DNA of 64,000 nucleotides from an uncultured Myxococcales bacterium (GTDB taxonomy: Bacteria; Myxococcota_A; Polyangia; Fen-1088), in NCBI GenBank assembly GCA_964540815.1, contig CAZIOH010000007.1, positions 43,867 to 107,866 on the forward strand, written 5' to 3'. Made by a program: the position numbers and the translations under genes. A model generated the notes under the pieces. That model had not been told where the DNA came from and made no database searches. It worked only from the letters and a program-made list of their open reading frames with translations. Shown here one piece after another: positions 10,362-18,816 of this stretch (position 1 is its first letter; the number at the start of each line of letters is the position of its first letter).

Positions 10362-11651
10362 CTACTTGGGGGCCTTCCAGATCTTGCCGGCGCCGGCGGC
10401 GGTGCCGCCTTCCGTCCAGTAGACGTTCGCATCATCGAGCGCGATCGCGCCGGGCCAGTTGAGACCGGTCGCGACGTTGGTCGGCGCATTCCCACAGCCT
10501 CCGACCGCGCACTTTCGAACCAGTCCAGTGCCGGTCACCGGCGCGCCGCCCGTAAAGTAAGGCCCCGCTTCCGTCCAGTATACGTTGATCCCGTCGGTGG
10601 CGACGGCGATCGGCGCGTCGAGCCCGCTCGCAAGCACCGTCGGCGCCGTCCCGCACCCTGACTTCGCGCACGCGAGGACCATTCCAATCTCGGGATTACC
10701 GTCGGTGAAGTAGACGTTGTTGGCGTCGAGCGCGACCTGTCGGGCGTCCGCCACGTCAGCCGAGCCCGCCATCAGGACCGTCGGAGCACCACCGCACCCG
10801 GCGAGCGGACACCTGAAGAGCGTGTTTGGCGCTTGCGCGACCCAATAGATCCCGCTCGCGTCGACGGCAACCCCGACGTTGCAGGGAGAATAGCCCGCCG
10901 ACCAGATCGTCACTTCCGACGAGCCGCAGCCTCCGATCGGACAGGCATAGAGCGTCGCCGAGAACTCGGTCCAGTAGAAATTACCCTGAAAGACTGCCAG
11001 GCCCTGCGCACCCTCGGAACCGATCACAACCGGCTGATCGCCGCAGCCTGCGACGCCGCACTTGACCAGTCTGCGCCCGCGGCCGTCGCTCCAGTCGCTC
11101 CAGTAGACGCTCCCGCCGTCCGAGGTGAATGGAGCAGGCGCCGCCGTGCTCGGCCCCTGGGCCAGGTTGGACGCCAGGGCCACGGGATCGCCGCCACAAC
11201 CCGCTACCGGGCACTTCAAGATCCGCCCGCCGGTCCAACCCAGGGGGGCCTTCCCGTCCTTCGTGGCGTTCGTTCCCAGGGTCATCCAGTAGAGGTTCAC
11301 GCCGTCGACGGCGATTCCCACCGGCACGTCCTGGCCCGACGCCATGACGACGGCGCCAGCGGCCCCGGCCGTCGTGCTGAACGTACCCATCGATCCGGGA
11401 CCGAGCACCGCGGGCCCAACACCCGTCGCCATCGAGCCGGGGCTGCTAGAAGCCGAGGCCGATCCCGGGACGCTCGTGGCACCCGAGGTCATCCCACCCG
11501 GCGTCATGCCGCCCGCGTCCGCCGCCGAACCTGGGGTCGTTTGGTCGGCAGTTCCTTCGATGGGTATGGAGCCACCAGACCCCATTGAGCAACTGCTGAG
11601 GAGCGCACAGCATGCAAGTGCCGGTGAAGTCCGCCAGTAGGTTCCAACCAT
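10362..11651 (-). CDS. Lipoprotein with about 7 YWTD-like beta-propeller blades carrying a conserved (A/C)P(L/V/I)(A/G)GCG(G/D/N) loop
   Basis: Lipobox ALLSSC after the MVGTYW... start (11651). Repeats VYWTE/VYWSD/FYWTE/IYWVA/VYFTD and KCPVAGCGGDP, KCGVAGCGDQP, ACPIGGCGSS, RCPLAGCGGAPT, CAKSGCGTAPT, KCAVGGCGNAPT. Confidence 0.6.
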   Translation of the reverse strand: MVGTYWRTSPALACCALLSSCSMGSGGSIPIEGTADQTTPGSAADAGGMTPGGMTSGATSVPGSASASSSPGSMATGVGPAVLGPGSMGTFSTTAGAAGAVVMASGQDVPVGIAVDGVNLYWMTLGTNATKDGKAPLGWTGGRILKCPVAGCGGDPVALASNLAQGPSTAAPAPFTSDGGSVYWSDWSDGRGRRLVKCGVAGCGDQPVVIGSEGAQGLAVFQGNFYWTEFSATLYACPIGGCGSSEVTIWSAGYSPCNVGVAVDASGIYWVAQAPNTLFRCPLAGCGGAPTVLMAGSADVADARQVALDANNVYFTDGNPEIGMVLACAKSGCGTAPTVLASGLDAPIAVATDGINVYWTEAGPYFTGGAPVTGTGLVRKCAVGGCGNAPTNVATGLNWPGAIALDDANVYWTEGGTAAGAGKIWKAPK

Positions 11652-11890
11652 GTCGACCTCCGGCCACTTCGGTTGGCCAACTGGCAATAGTAGACTCTTC
11701 ATGCTCGAAAGCCACAACGGGGACATTGTCCGGCAACAGCGTTGTCGCCACCTGCTCCATTGTCGAGCAAGAGCGTGGTCGACGACGTGCTCGCCCTCAT
11801 CGGCGATTCTCGCAATCGAACCCGCGGTGCTCCCTTCGCTGTCTCACAGGATCACCCGACCGCACCTGCGTTTCAGGGCCCACGGCGGGC

Positions 11891-12715
11891 TCACCAGGTC
11901 TGCTCGGCGGCACGCACGAGGATTTCATTCACCGCGACGCGACGGTCCCGCGTCACCATGTAAGCCACGGCATCGGCGATGTCCTCGGGCCGAAGCCTCT
12001 CGACCGATTCGAACTGGGTACGAGCGGCCCGCTGCACGTCCGCGGGGAGGTGCGAGACCAACTCGGTGTCGACGACCCCCGGCTCGACGACACCGACGCG
12101 GACACGGCGCCCGAGCACCTCTTGGCGCAGCGACTCCGAGAAGCCTTGGAGCCCGAACTTCGTGAGGTTGTAGACGCTGCTCCCCGGGCGGGCCACCCGC
12201 CCCGCCGTCGAGCTGATATTGACCAGGTCGGCGACCCCGCGCGGCGAGTCCGCGGCGGCGCGCACGAGGTGCGGCAGCGCCGCGTGGGTGACGTAGAGGA
12301 GGCCCTCCACGTTGAGCGCGATCATGCGATCCCAGTCGTCGATCGTCGCGTCGAGCGCCGGCCCGAGCATCATGGAGCCCGCGTTGTTGACCAGGGTGTC
12401 GAGGCGCCCGAGCTCGTCCAGCACCCGCGCAACCCCCGCCGCGGCTTGACGCCTGTCGGTGACATCCGCCTCGAGCACGAGCGCGTTCCCCCCTTGCGCG
12501 CGGATCTCCCCGGCAAGCGTCTCCAGCCGCTCACGGCGCCGGGCCAGCAGCGCGACCGTCGCACCTTCGGCCGCCAAGCGCCGTGCGGTTGCCTCGCCGA
12601 TGCCGCTGCTCGCGCCCGTCACGAGAGCTACCGTCTTCTCCAGAGGCCCCGTTACGACGGCGGCGTCGGAACCATCAGATGAACGATTGGTTTCACGGTT
12701 CTCACTCTGCGACAT
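11891..12715 (-). CDS. SDR-family oxidoreductase (short-chain dehydrogenase/reductase)
   Basis: TGASSGIGEATARRLAAEGA cofactor-binding motif, NNAG, catalytic Y..K (SSVYNLTKFG). Confidence 0.85.
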   Translation of the reverse strand: MSQSENRETNRSSDGSDAAVVTGPLEKTVALVTGASSGIGEATARRLAAEGATVALLARRRERLETLAGEIRAQGGNALVLEADVTDRRQAAAGVARVLDELGRLDTLVNNAGSMMLGPALDATIDDWDRMIALNVEGLLYVTHAALPHLVRAAADSPRGVADLVNISSTAGRVARPGSSVYNLTKFGLQGFSESLRQEVLGRRVRVGVVEPGVVDTELVSHLPADVQRAARTQFESVERLRPEDIADAVAYMVTRDRRVAVNEILVRAAEQTW

Positions 12716-12963
12716 GCGAGGATGTCCTTAGCGGCGGGTCTGTCCATGATCTTGCAGAGTCTACACCGCCGTTTTGCTCATGCCGTGAGGAGGGTCGACG
12801 CGCGTTTCGTGGCCTGATCGTCGCGAAGCGTCCCGACCGCGGTTGGTCCCGCGCCGTCGCGTAGCGGCGGGCTTCTCCGAGTGACTCCGGCGGGCAGGCC
12901 TTGTCAAAGAGAGCGATGGGCGCCAATGGGGACTGGGGCTCGGTCGTTGCGGACCTTATCGCC

Positions 12964-13962
12964 CTACGCGTGGCGCGACTCGGAATGGCGGGCGAAGGCG
13001 CGTACGAGCAGGGTCCGAGGCGCGTAGCAGGCGATCAGCATCCCGCCCATGAGCAACGCGAACCAGACCACAGGCCCGAACATGAGCGCGATCATCAGGT
13101 GCATGCCAAGTCCGACCACCAGCGCGGCCGTGCGGGTCCACGGCAGGGTGAACCAGAGCGGCGCGCCGAGTTCGAAGCCGAGCGTGATCGCCTGGAGGAT
13201 TCGCCAGCCCACCGCGGGGAGCGCGTTCATCACCTGCCACCCGACCGCCGTCTGGTAGTCGTCATGGAGGTGGCTCCACAGGACATCGCCCGACAACCAG
13301 TCGCCCCGTGCTTTCGCGATTCCCGACCCCGAGTACATGACCAGCAAGAAGGCCTGAAAGAACCGGACGGCTCCTCCTGAGACCTGCTCGGTCGGAGGGA
13401 GCGCGCCGGGCGAGGCCCGGCGGCTGCGTCGCCACGCATCGATGCCGAAACGAACGCCGCACGGGCTCGCCGAGAGCGCCAGCGACAGGACCGGGGCAGC
13501 CTTGGAGACCGTGAAGGCCTCGAGGCGATCCGCCAGGACCAGGTAGACGGTGAGCGCCGCAAAGGCCCCCGCGGCCTTGCGCGGGTGAAAGCCCACGGCG
13601 AGGCTGATTCCGGCGATGGCGGTCGCAGCCACGATCGCCCAGGCCGCCCAGCTTGGCACCGGGGGCAGGTAGAGCGGCTGTCGCCAGTCACCGCCCCCGA
13701 GATCCGGGGGATGGAAACCCTTCGAAGTCAGCCACTCGTCGGCGTGAATCATCCGCGACGACAGGAAGGCGAGCACGGCGACCGGCACCACGATGCGCAG
13801 CAGGACCAGCCGCTCGACCGGCTGAGGACCGAAGAGCCAGTCCGCGGCCCGTCGCGACGACCCGATCTCGGGGCGCCGGGGCCCTGCTTGGCCGCGCTCG
13901 TGTGGGGCGGCGGTCCCCCCCGTGTCCGAGGGAGCGCGTCGGCGCCCCGAGCCACCGGTCAC
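12964..13962 (-). CDS. HTTM-domain membrane protein (vitamin-K-dependent gamma-carboxylase-like)
   Basis: LVLLRIVVPVAVLAFL...W...GFHPPD... multi-TM HTTM pattern through to the C-terminus. GTG start at 13962..13960 overlaps the upstream gene's TGA (GTGA). The ORF-track N-terminal 176 aa are Arg/Gly-rich junk. Confidence 0.65.
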   Translation of the reverse strand: MTGGSGRRRAPSDTGGTAAPHERGQAGPRRPEIGSSRRAADWLFGPQPVERLVLLRIVVPVAVLAFLSSRMIHADEWLTSKGFHPPDLGGGDWRQPLYLPPVPSWAAWAIVAATAIAGISLAVGFHPRKAAGAFAALTVYLVLADRLEAFTVSKAAPVLSLALSASPCGVRFGIDAWRRSRRASPGALPPTEQVSGGAVRFFQAFLLVMYSGSGIAKARGDWLSGDVLWSHLHDDYQTAVGWQVMNALPAVGWRILQAITLGFELGAPLWFTLPWTRTAALVVGLGMHLMIALMFGPVVWFALLMGGMLIACYAPRTLLVRAFARHSESRHA

Positions 13963-14435
13963 GAGCGCTCCTGGCAGCGTTGCTCGCGAGCTGCGGAACC
14001 CGTCACGTACCAGTACCGTCTGGCGAGCGTGGCGGGATACGCCGAGAGGGGCTTTCGCTCGTAGCGCGGGTCGGCGACTCCCGGTGGTGGGATCGGGATG
14101 CGCAGGCTGAGAATCATCACGCCCCCGATTCGCTGTCCGGGGCGAGACCGATTCTGTGAGGCCACTATGTACGCGTCGAGCTCCCGCAAGACACGAGCCT
14201 CGCGGGAATAGAAGAACATCCCGCGATGGAATCGATTCTCCTTGTCGTTGGCGCGAATGGGAAAGAACGGGCGTACGTCGATCTCGTCGAACTGGCGCCG
14301 GTCGCAGAGCCAGCCCTTCACGCGCCACTCGATGGCGTCCTCGGCCGCGCGCGGAAACAACTCGGCGATCTGCGTGAAGAAGCGCACCGGGGCCGGGAGC
14401 GCGCGCCCCACCGCCCGCACGCCCGCCGCGTCCAT
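13959..14435 (-). CDS. Hypothetical protein translationally coupled to the HTTM gene
   Basis: Ordinary composition (FFTQIAELFPRAAEDAIEWRVKGWLCDRRQFDEIDVRPFFPIRANDKENRFHRGMFFYSREARVLRELDAYIV). Stop TGA overlaps the HTTM GTG. Start placed at M50 of the track ORF (14435). Confidence 0.45.
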   Translation of the reverse strand: MDAAGVRAVGRALPAPVRFFTQIAELFPRAAEDAIEWRVKGWLCDRRQFDEIDVRPFFPIRANDKENRFHRGMFFYSREARVLRELDAYIVASQNRSRPGQRIGGVMILSLRIPIPPPGVADPRYERKPLSAYPATLARRYWYVTGSAAREQRCQERS

Positions 14436-14926
14436 CCAGACCGCGCCGAGATAGCCGACCGCCAGCGCCAATCGCAAGTGGCCGCGCCAACCTCCGCCCC
14501 GCGCGGGTCCCCGATCGTGCGGGTAGCGACCACCCGCCTTTCCCGCCTTTCTTCTGGCTTCCCCAGGAACACCCGCTACCATCCGGACAGTCTATCCCCG
14601 GACGACCGTTGTTCGCCCGATCTGATGGCCCCGATCACTCCAGCGCGTCGCGCGGACTCGTGTGGCCCAGGCCGTGTTCTGCGCCTGGTCAATCGAAGCG
14701 GCGGCGGTCGTGGCGCCCACGTCACCGCGCTGGGTGTGGACGCGATCACGCCCGGCCGGGCTCCGGAGGACGGAAACTCTCGAGTCCCCAAGGAATATTG
14801 AGCAGCGCCGGGGGCGAGCCGAGACTACTCATGGGGTGGGTATGTCAGGAACATGAGGACATCTCAGGATCCGGACACCTCCTCCCAGCTATCCCTTCCG
14901 CTTTCCCCCCAAAATCGGAGGCCATC

Positions 14927-16363
14927 ATGCGCTCTTGGTATCTCATCTTGCCGGTCCTGCTCACCGGCGGGGTCGCATCGAACTGTCGCTTCGATTCCGC
15001 CGGCCCGAGCGGTCGGAGCGGAGCGGGCGGAAGCTTCGCGAGTGGTGGCCGGGGTATCATCCTCAACGGGTCGGGGGGAAGGACGGTAGGTCCCTGCACC
15101 GGTCTCCGCTGCAGGCAACCGAGCTGCGCGGGCCCAGGATGCATGGTTCAGGGGTGCCCGACCGGCGTGACGACGGCCGTGATGGGCACCGTGCTCGATC
15201 CGGCGGGCAAAGTCCCCCTCTACAACGCGACGGTCTTCGTCCCCAATGCCCCGCTGGCCGACTTTCACGACGGGCCCTCCTGTGACTCGTGTGCTTCGTC
15301 GGTCTCGGGCGATCCGGTCACGCAGGTGCAGAGCGACGAGGCCGGCCAGTTCACCCTCACGGACATGCCGGTCGGCGACAACATTCCCATCGTCGTGCAG
15401 ATCGGCAAATGGCGGCGCCAGACCACCATCTCGAATGTCCCTCCCTGCGTGACGACCGCGTTCACGGACCCCGACCAAACCCGCCTGCCGCGCAACCAGA
15501 GCGAGGGTCACCTCCCGCGGATCGCGCTCTCGACCGGGGGTGCCGATGCGCTCGAGTGCTGGCTGCGCAAGATCGGGATTGCGGACAGCGAGTTCACCCC
15601 TGAGACAGGCGCGGGGCGCATCAACCTCTATGCCGGCGGCATGAACACCGGCAACAACTCCGGCGACGGGACCCTCGGCTACGACCCCACCCTCAATGGC
15701 GGCGCCACCTTCACCCGCTCCCTGGGCTGGTGGGACAGCGTCGACAACCTCAACAAGTACGACATCATCTTGCTGTCCTGCGAGGGAGTGGAGAACTCCA
15801 CCAACAAGAGCGCGGCAGCGGTGCAGGCCATGCAGACCTTCGCCGACGCCGGCGGCCGGGTGTTTGCATCGCACTGGCACAACTGGTGGATCGAGCACGG
15901 CCCGGCCCCCTGGCCCACGGCGGCGACGTTCAACCACCGCCGCGATCCCCCGAGCCCCCTCACCGGCACCATTGACCAGACGTTCCCCAAGGGCGTGGCA
16001 CTGGCCACATGGCTGCTCAACGTCGGCGCGTCGACGCCGCCCGGGGGCACCCTGCTGGTGAACGGCGCCAAGCGGACCCTGACCGGGGTGAACGCCCCGA
16101 CCCAGCGCTGGATCTACAATACCGAACAACAGACGGTGCAGTACTTCTCCTTCACCACGCCATACGGCTCCGGGAGCTGCGGCAAGGTGGTGTTCAGCGA
16201 TCTGCACGTGACCTCCGGCTCGGGAGGGATGATGAACGACAGCTCCTCGCCCACCTTACCCTTTCCCACCGGTTGCCGAACCGTCGACCTCTCGGCGCAG
16301 GAGAAGGCGCTCGAGTTCATGCTCTTCGACCTCTCCGGCTGCATCCTCCCCATGATTCCTTAG
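14927..16363 (+). CDS. Secreted lipoprotein with a carboxypeptidase-regulatory-like N-terminal domain; function unknown
   Basis: GGAGG 6 nt before ATG 14927. MRSWYLILPVLLTGGVASNC signal/lipobox. GTVLDPAGKVPLYNATVFV beta-sandwich-like. Conserved HWHNWW region. Confidence 0.65.
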   Translation: MRSWYLILPVLLTGGVASNCRFDSAGPSGRSGAGGSFASGGRGIILNGSGGRTVGPCTGLRCRQPSCAGPGCMVQGCPTGVTTAVMGTVLDPAGKVPLYNATVFVPNAPLADFHDGPSCDSCASSVSGDPVTQVQSDEAGQFTLTDMPVGDNIPIVVQIGKWRRQTTISNVPPCVTTAFTDPDQTRLPRNQSEGHLPRIALSTGGADALECWLRKIGIADSEFTPETGAGRINLYAGGMNTGNNSGDGTLGYDPTLNGGATFTRSLGWWDSVDNLNKYDIILLSCEGVENSTNKSAAAVQAMQTFADAGGRVFASHWHNWWIEHGPAPWPTAATFNHRRDPPSPLTGTIDQTFPKGVALATWLLNVGASTPPGGTLLVNGAKRTLTGVNAPTQRWIYNTEQQTVQYFSFTTPYGSGSCGKVVFSDLHVTSGSGGMMNDSSSPTLPFPTGCRTVDLSAQEKALEFMLFDLSGCILPMIP

Positions 16364-16389
16364 AAAATCGGCGACCCTGGCCGTCGGGC

Positions 16390-16980
16390 TCACCTCATGG
16401 ACGTCATGGTGGCCCGAGCCTGAGCTTCCCGGCCTTTGCAGATCGGCGTCGGCGCCGGCGCCGGCGAGGCCAGCGCCTGCCCCTCACGCTCGGCGCGGGC
16501 GACGGCGCCCGTCTTGAACGCCCAGCCACCGGCCTGGCGTAGCTCCGTCAGCCGCGCGCGCGCCGCCAACTGCGCCGGCGAAGCGGCGACGGGCTCCGCC
16601 TCGGCGCCCACGGACAGAGACTGCACCTCTCGCTCGGCACGGGCGACGGCGCCGGTCTTGTATGCCCAACCGCCAGCCTGGCGCAGCTCAGTCAACCGCG
16701 CCAGCGCAGCCGCCTGCTCGGGCGACGGCGCCGCAGGAGCCGGACACCCGTGCGCCCAGGCGACGGCTTGCGCTCTCTCCCGTTCGTCCCGTGCTGCTTC
16801 GCGCTGGGCCCGCTCGACGAGGCCAGTCTTGTACGCCCAGCCTCCCGCCCTCGCGAGCTCGGTGGCGCGGTCTCGAGCCGCGTTCGCGCCTGCCGCGATG
16901 CGCGTCTGTGAGGTGCCACGGTCGCTCGCTTGCGCGTTGGCACCCGTGGACCAGCCGAGCGCGAGCGCCGTGATGATCAT
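16390..16980 (-). CDS. Small secreted protein with three tandem 40-aa repeats (LTELRQAGGWAYKTGAVARAERE)
   Basis: Signal peptide MIITALALGWSTGANAQA. Repeats visible at both the protein and nucleotide level (16440-16900). Confidence 0.55.
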   Translation of the reverse strand: MIITALALGWSTGANAQASDRGTSQTRIAAGANAARDRATELARAGGWAYKTGLVERAQREAARDERERAQAVAWAHGCPAPAAPSPEQAAALARLTELRQAGGWAYKTGAVARAEREVQSLSVGAEAEPVAASPAQLAARARLTELRQAGGWAFKTGAVARAEREGQALASPAPAPTPICKGREAQARATMTSMR

Positions 16981-17232
16981 GCTACCCACTCTGGACAGTT
17001 CGCCTTTCGTGAACATGGTACTCCTTCCCTCTCTTCGCCCCGGTCGCAGGCTTTGATCAACCGTGCGGCGTCGGGGACGAATCGAAATCTCCCACCTGCC
17101 TCGTTAAAGTGTCGTTAAAAAGGCGGAGCCCTCGCGAGACGCCAATCTTGGATTTCGCCGCGTTGACGAAAGCGAACGACCAGGGACGACGGCCTGCACG
17201 ACGTGGGTGGCGGCGGGCTCGCTGGCGCGACC

Positions 17233-18816
17233 TCAGGTCACGAAGCCGGGCAACGGGCCGGTGTATTGCGCCACGCTCCCCAGCGACGGCAGCGTGACAC
17301 CGAAGATGGGGGCCAGCGCCAACCAGAAATCATTGAAGGGCCGGTTACCCGTTCCGCCGGTCGTATCGAGATCGATCTGCTTCGGCAGCGAGCCGCCCGT
17401 CACCTTCAGGAAGGTGCCGCCCTTGATCCGGGTGTTCTTCCCGCCAAGGACGATCAATGGCATGTTGAGCTGGCCGTGGTCCCAGCGGGTGGATTCGTCG
17501 TTGACGTACACGACGACGGTATTGTCGAGCAAGGTGTTGCCATCGAGGTCGGTCGCGGCGTCGAATGCTTGCAAGGCCTGCGAGGTCTGGTCGCTGTAGA
17601 AGCGATCGATGGCGGCCCCCCAGGCGAGGATGGCCCTTCCGGTGGTGTCCGCCGGTTCCAGGCCGAGTACCGCATAGTGGGGAGCGGCCAGCAGCGGGGC
17701 GTAGCCGGGTAGCATCGCGCCGTCGAAGGAGGTCGGAAAGAGGACATTGCTGGTACCTGCTGCCCACATGAACGTTCCCACGCGGATGAGATCACATAGA
17801 AACGCAGCCTTGATGATCTCGAGCTGGGTTCGCCCGAGCACCTGATGGGGATGGCTCGTGGGATCGCCTGGGATGTAGTAGTCCACGCCGGAGAGCGCAG
17901 AGACGCCGGTCGGCAGAAACTGAGCGCCGTTTGCCCCTACTCCCGTCTGCGCGAACATGGGCGGGCGCGGCGGGCGGATGCACACGGCCTGGGGGGGCAA
18001 CGACGCCCGGATGGCGGCCTCGAGACCCTGGATGGCGTCCGCGTGGGCGTCGAGCTTCACCTTCTCGGACGCCGGGATGAGCGTCCGGAGGCGCGTCAGA
18101 TCGCTCCGCATGTAGTCGAGGACGCTGAGCTTCTCGGCGAGCAACGCGGCCGAATCGCTGCCTACCGGCAGGGCGCCGCCGAAGAGACGATTGAAGGCAT
18201 TGAGCGGCTGGGTCTCGGGGTAGAGGGGCTGGCGGGCGAGAGCGATGTCGGGGTTCGCCGTCGGGGAAAGGTAGGAGAGCACGCGCGGCGCCACCTCGTC
18301 CCGATCCGAGCGAATGTCAGCCGCCAACTGCAACGACCCGAACGGGGTCCGGCCGCCGATGGGGGATCCCGCGCCCCCGAGCACCGGCGAGCGCGACAGG
18401 AGAAGCTGGTCGATCGAAGGACCGCCCGCCGCGTGATCCTGCTGGCCGATCTGGCCGAGGGTGGGCACGCCGGTCATGAGCGCGACCATCCCGCCCTCGG
18501 CGCTGTTTTGTCCGCCGCTGCCTCCGTTCAATGACGCGCACACCAGGTTGAGGCCGTCGATCATCGCCAACTTCGACTGCAAGGGCGCGAACGGCGCGCT
18601 GTTGGACGGCAGCGTGAAGCTGGTGGTCGTCACCGCCGCCGTGGGGCGCCACAGATCGAGGTCGCTGCCACAGGGGCGCTGGATGACCAGGAAGCGGAGC
18701 GGAGCGGGCATCCCCTGCGCCCGGGCTTCGATCCCGCGCAAGAGCGGCGCCAGCAAGGCGATGGAGCCGCCGCAGCTCCGCAGAAACGCGCGGCGGGCGA
18801 TCCGATACGCACTCAT
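17233..18816 (-). CDS. DUF1552-family protein with Tat signal
   Basis: MSAYRIARRAFLRSCGGSIALLAPLL twin-arginine signal. GGAGG upstream. ATG overlaps the upstream gene's stop (ATGA at 18813-18816). The track ORF up to 19557 is a junk extension. Confidence 0.8.
   Translation of the reverse strand: MSAYRIARRAFLRSCGGSIALLAPLLRGIEARAQGMPAPLRFLVIQRPCGSDLDLWRPTAAVTTTSFTLPSNSAPFAPLQSKLAMIDGLNLVCASLNGGSGGQNSAEGGMVALMTGVPTLGQIGQQDHAAGGPSIDQLLLSRSPVLGGAGSPIGGRTPFGSLQLAADIRSDRDEVAPRVLSYLSPTANPDIALARQPLYPETQPLNAFNRLFGGALPVGSDSAALLAEKLSVLDYMRSDLTRLRTLIPASEKVKLDAHADAIQGLEAAIRASLPPQAVCIRPPRPPMFAQTGVGANGAQFLPTGVSALSGVDYYIPGDPTSHPHQVLGRTQLEIIKAAFLCDLIRVGTFMWAAGTSNVLFPTSFDGAMLPGYAPLLAAPHYAVLGLEPADTTGRAILAWGAAIDRFYSDQTSQALQAFDAATDLDGNTLLDNTVVVYVNDESTRWDHGQLNMPLIVLGGKNTRIKGGTFLKVTGGSLPKQIDLDTTGGTGNRPFNDFWLALAPIFGVTLPSLGSVAQYTGPLPGFVT

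Noticed and set aside
14864-16207. 447-aa minus-strand ORF antisense to the lipoprotein gene 14927..16363. Similar long antisense ORFs at 40345..41499 and 52665..54608
   Set aside because: Shadow ORFs. The sense strands encode a lipobox/Shine-Dalgarno-supported lipoprotein, a two-domain lipoprotein and the GH6 kinase respectively.
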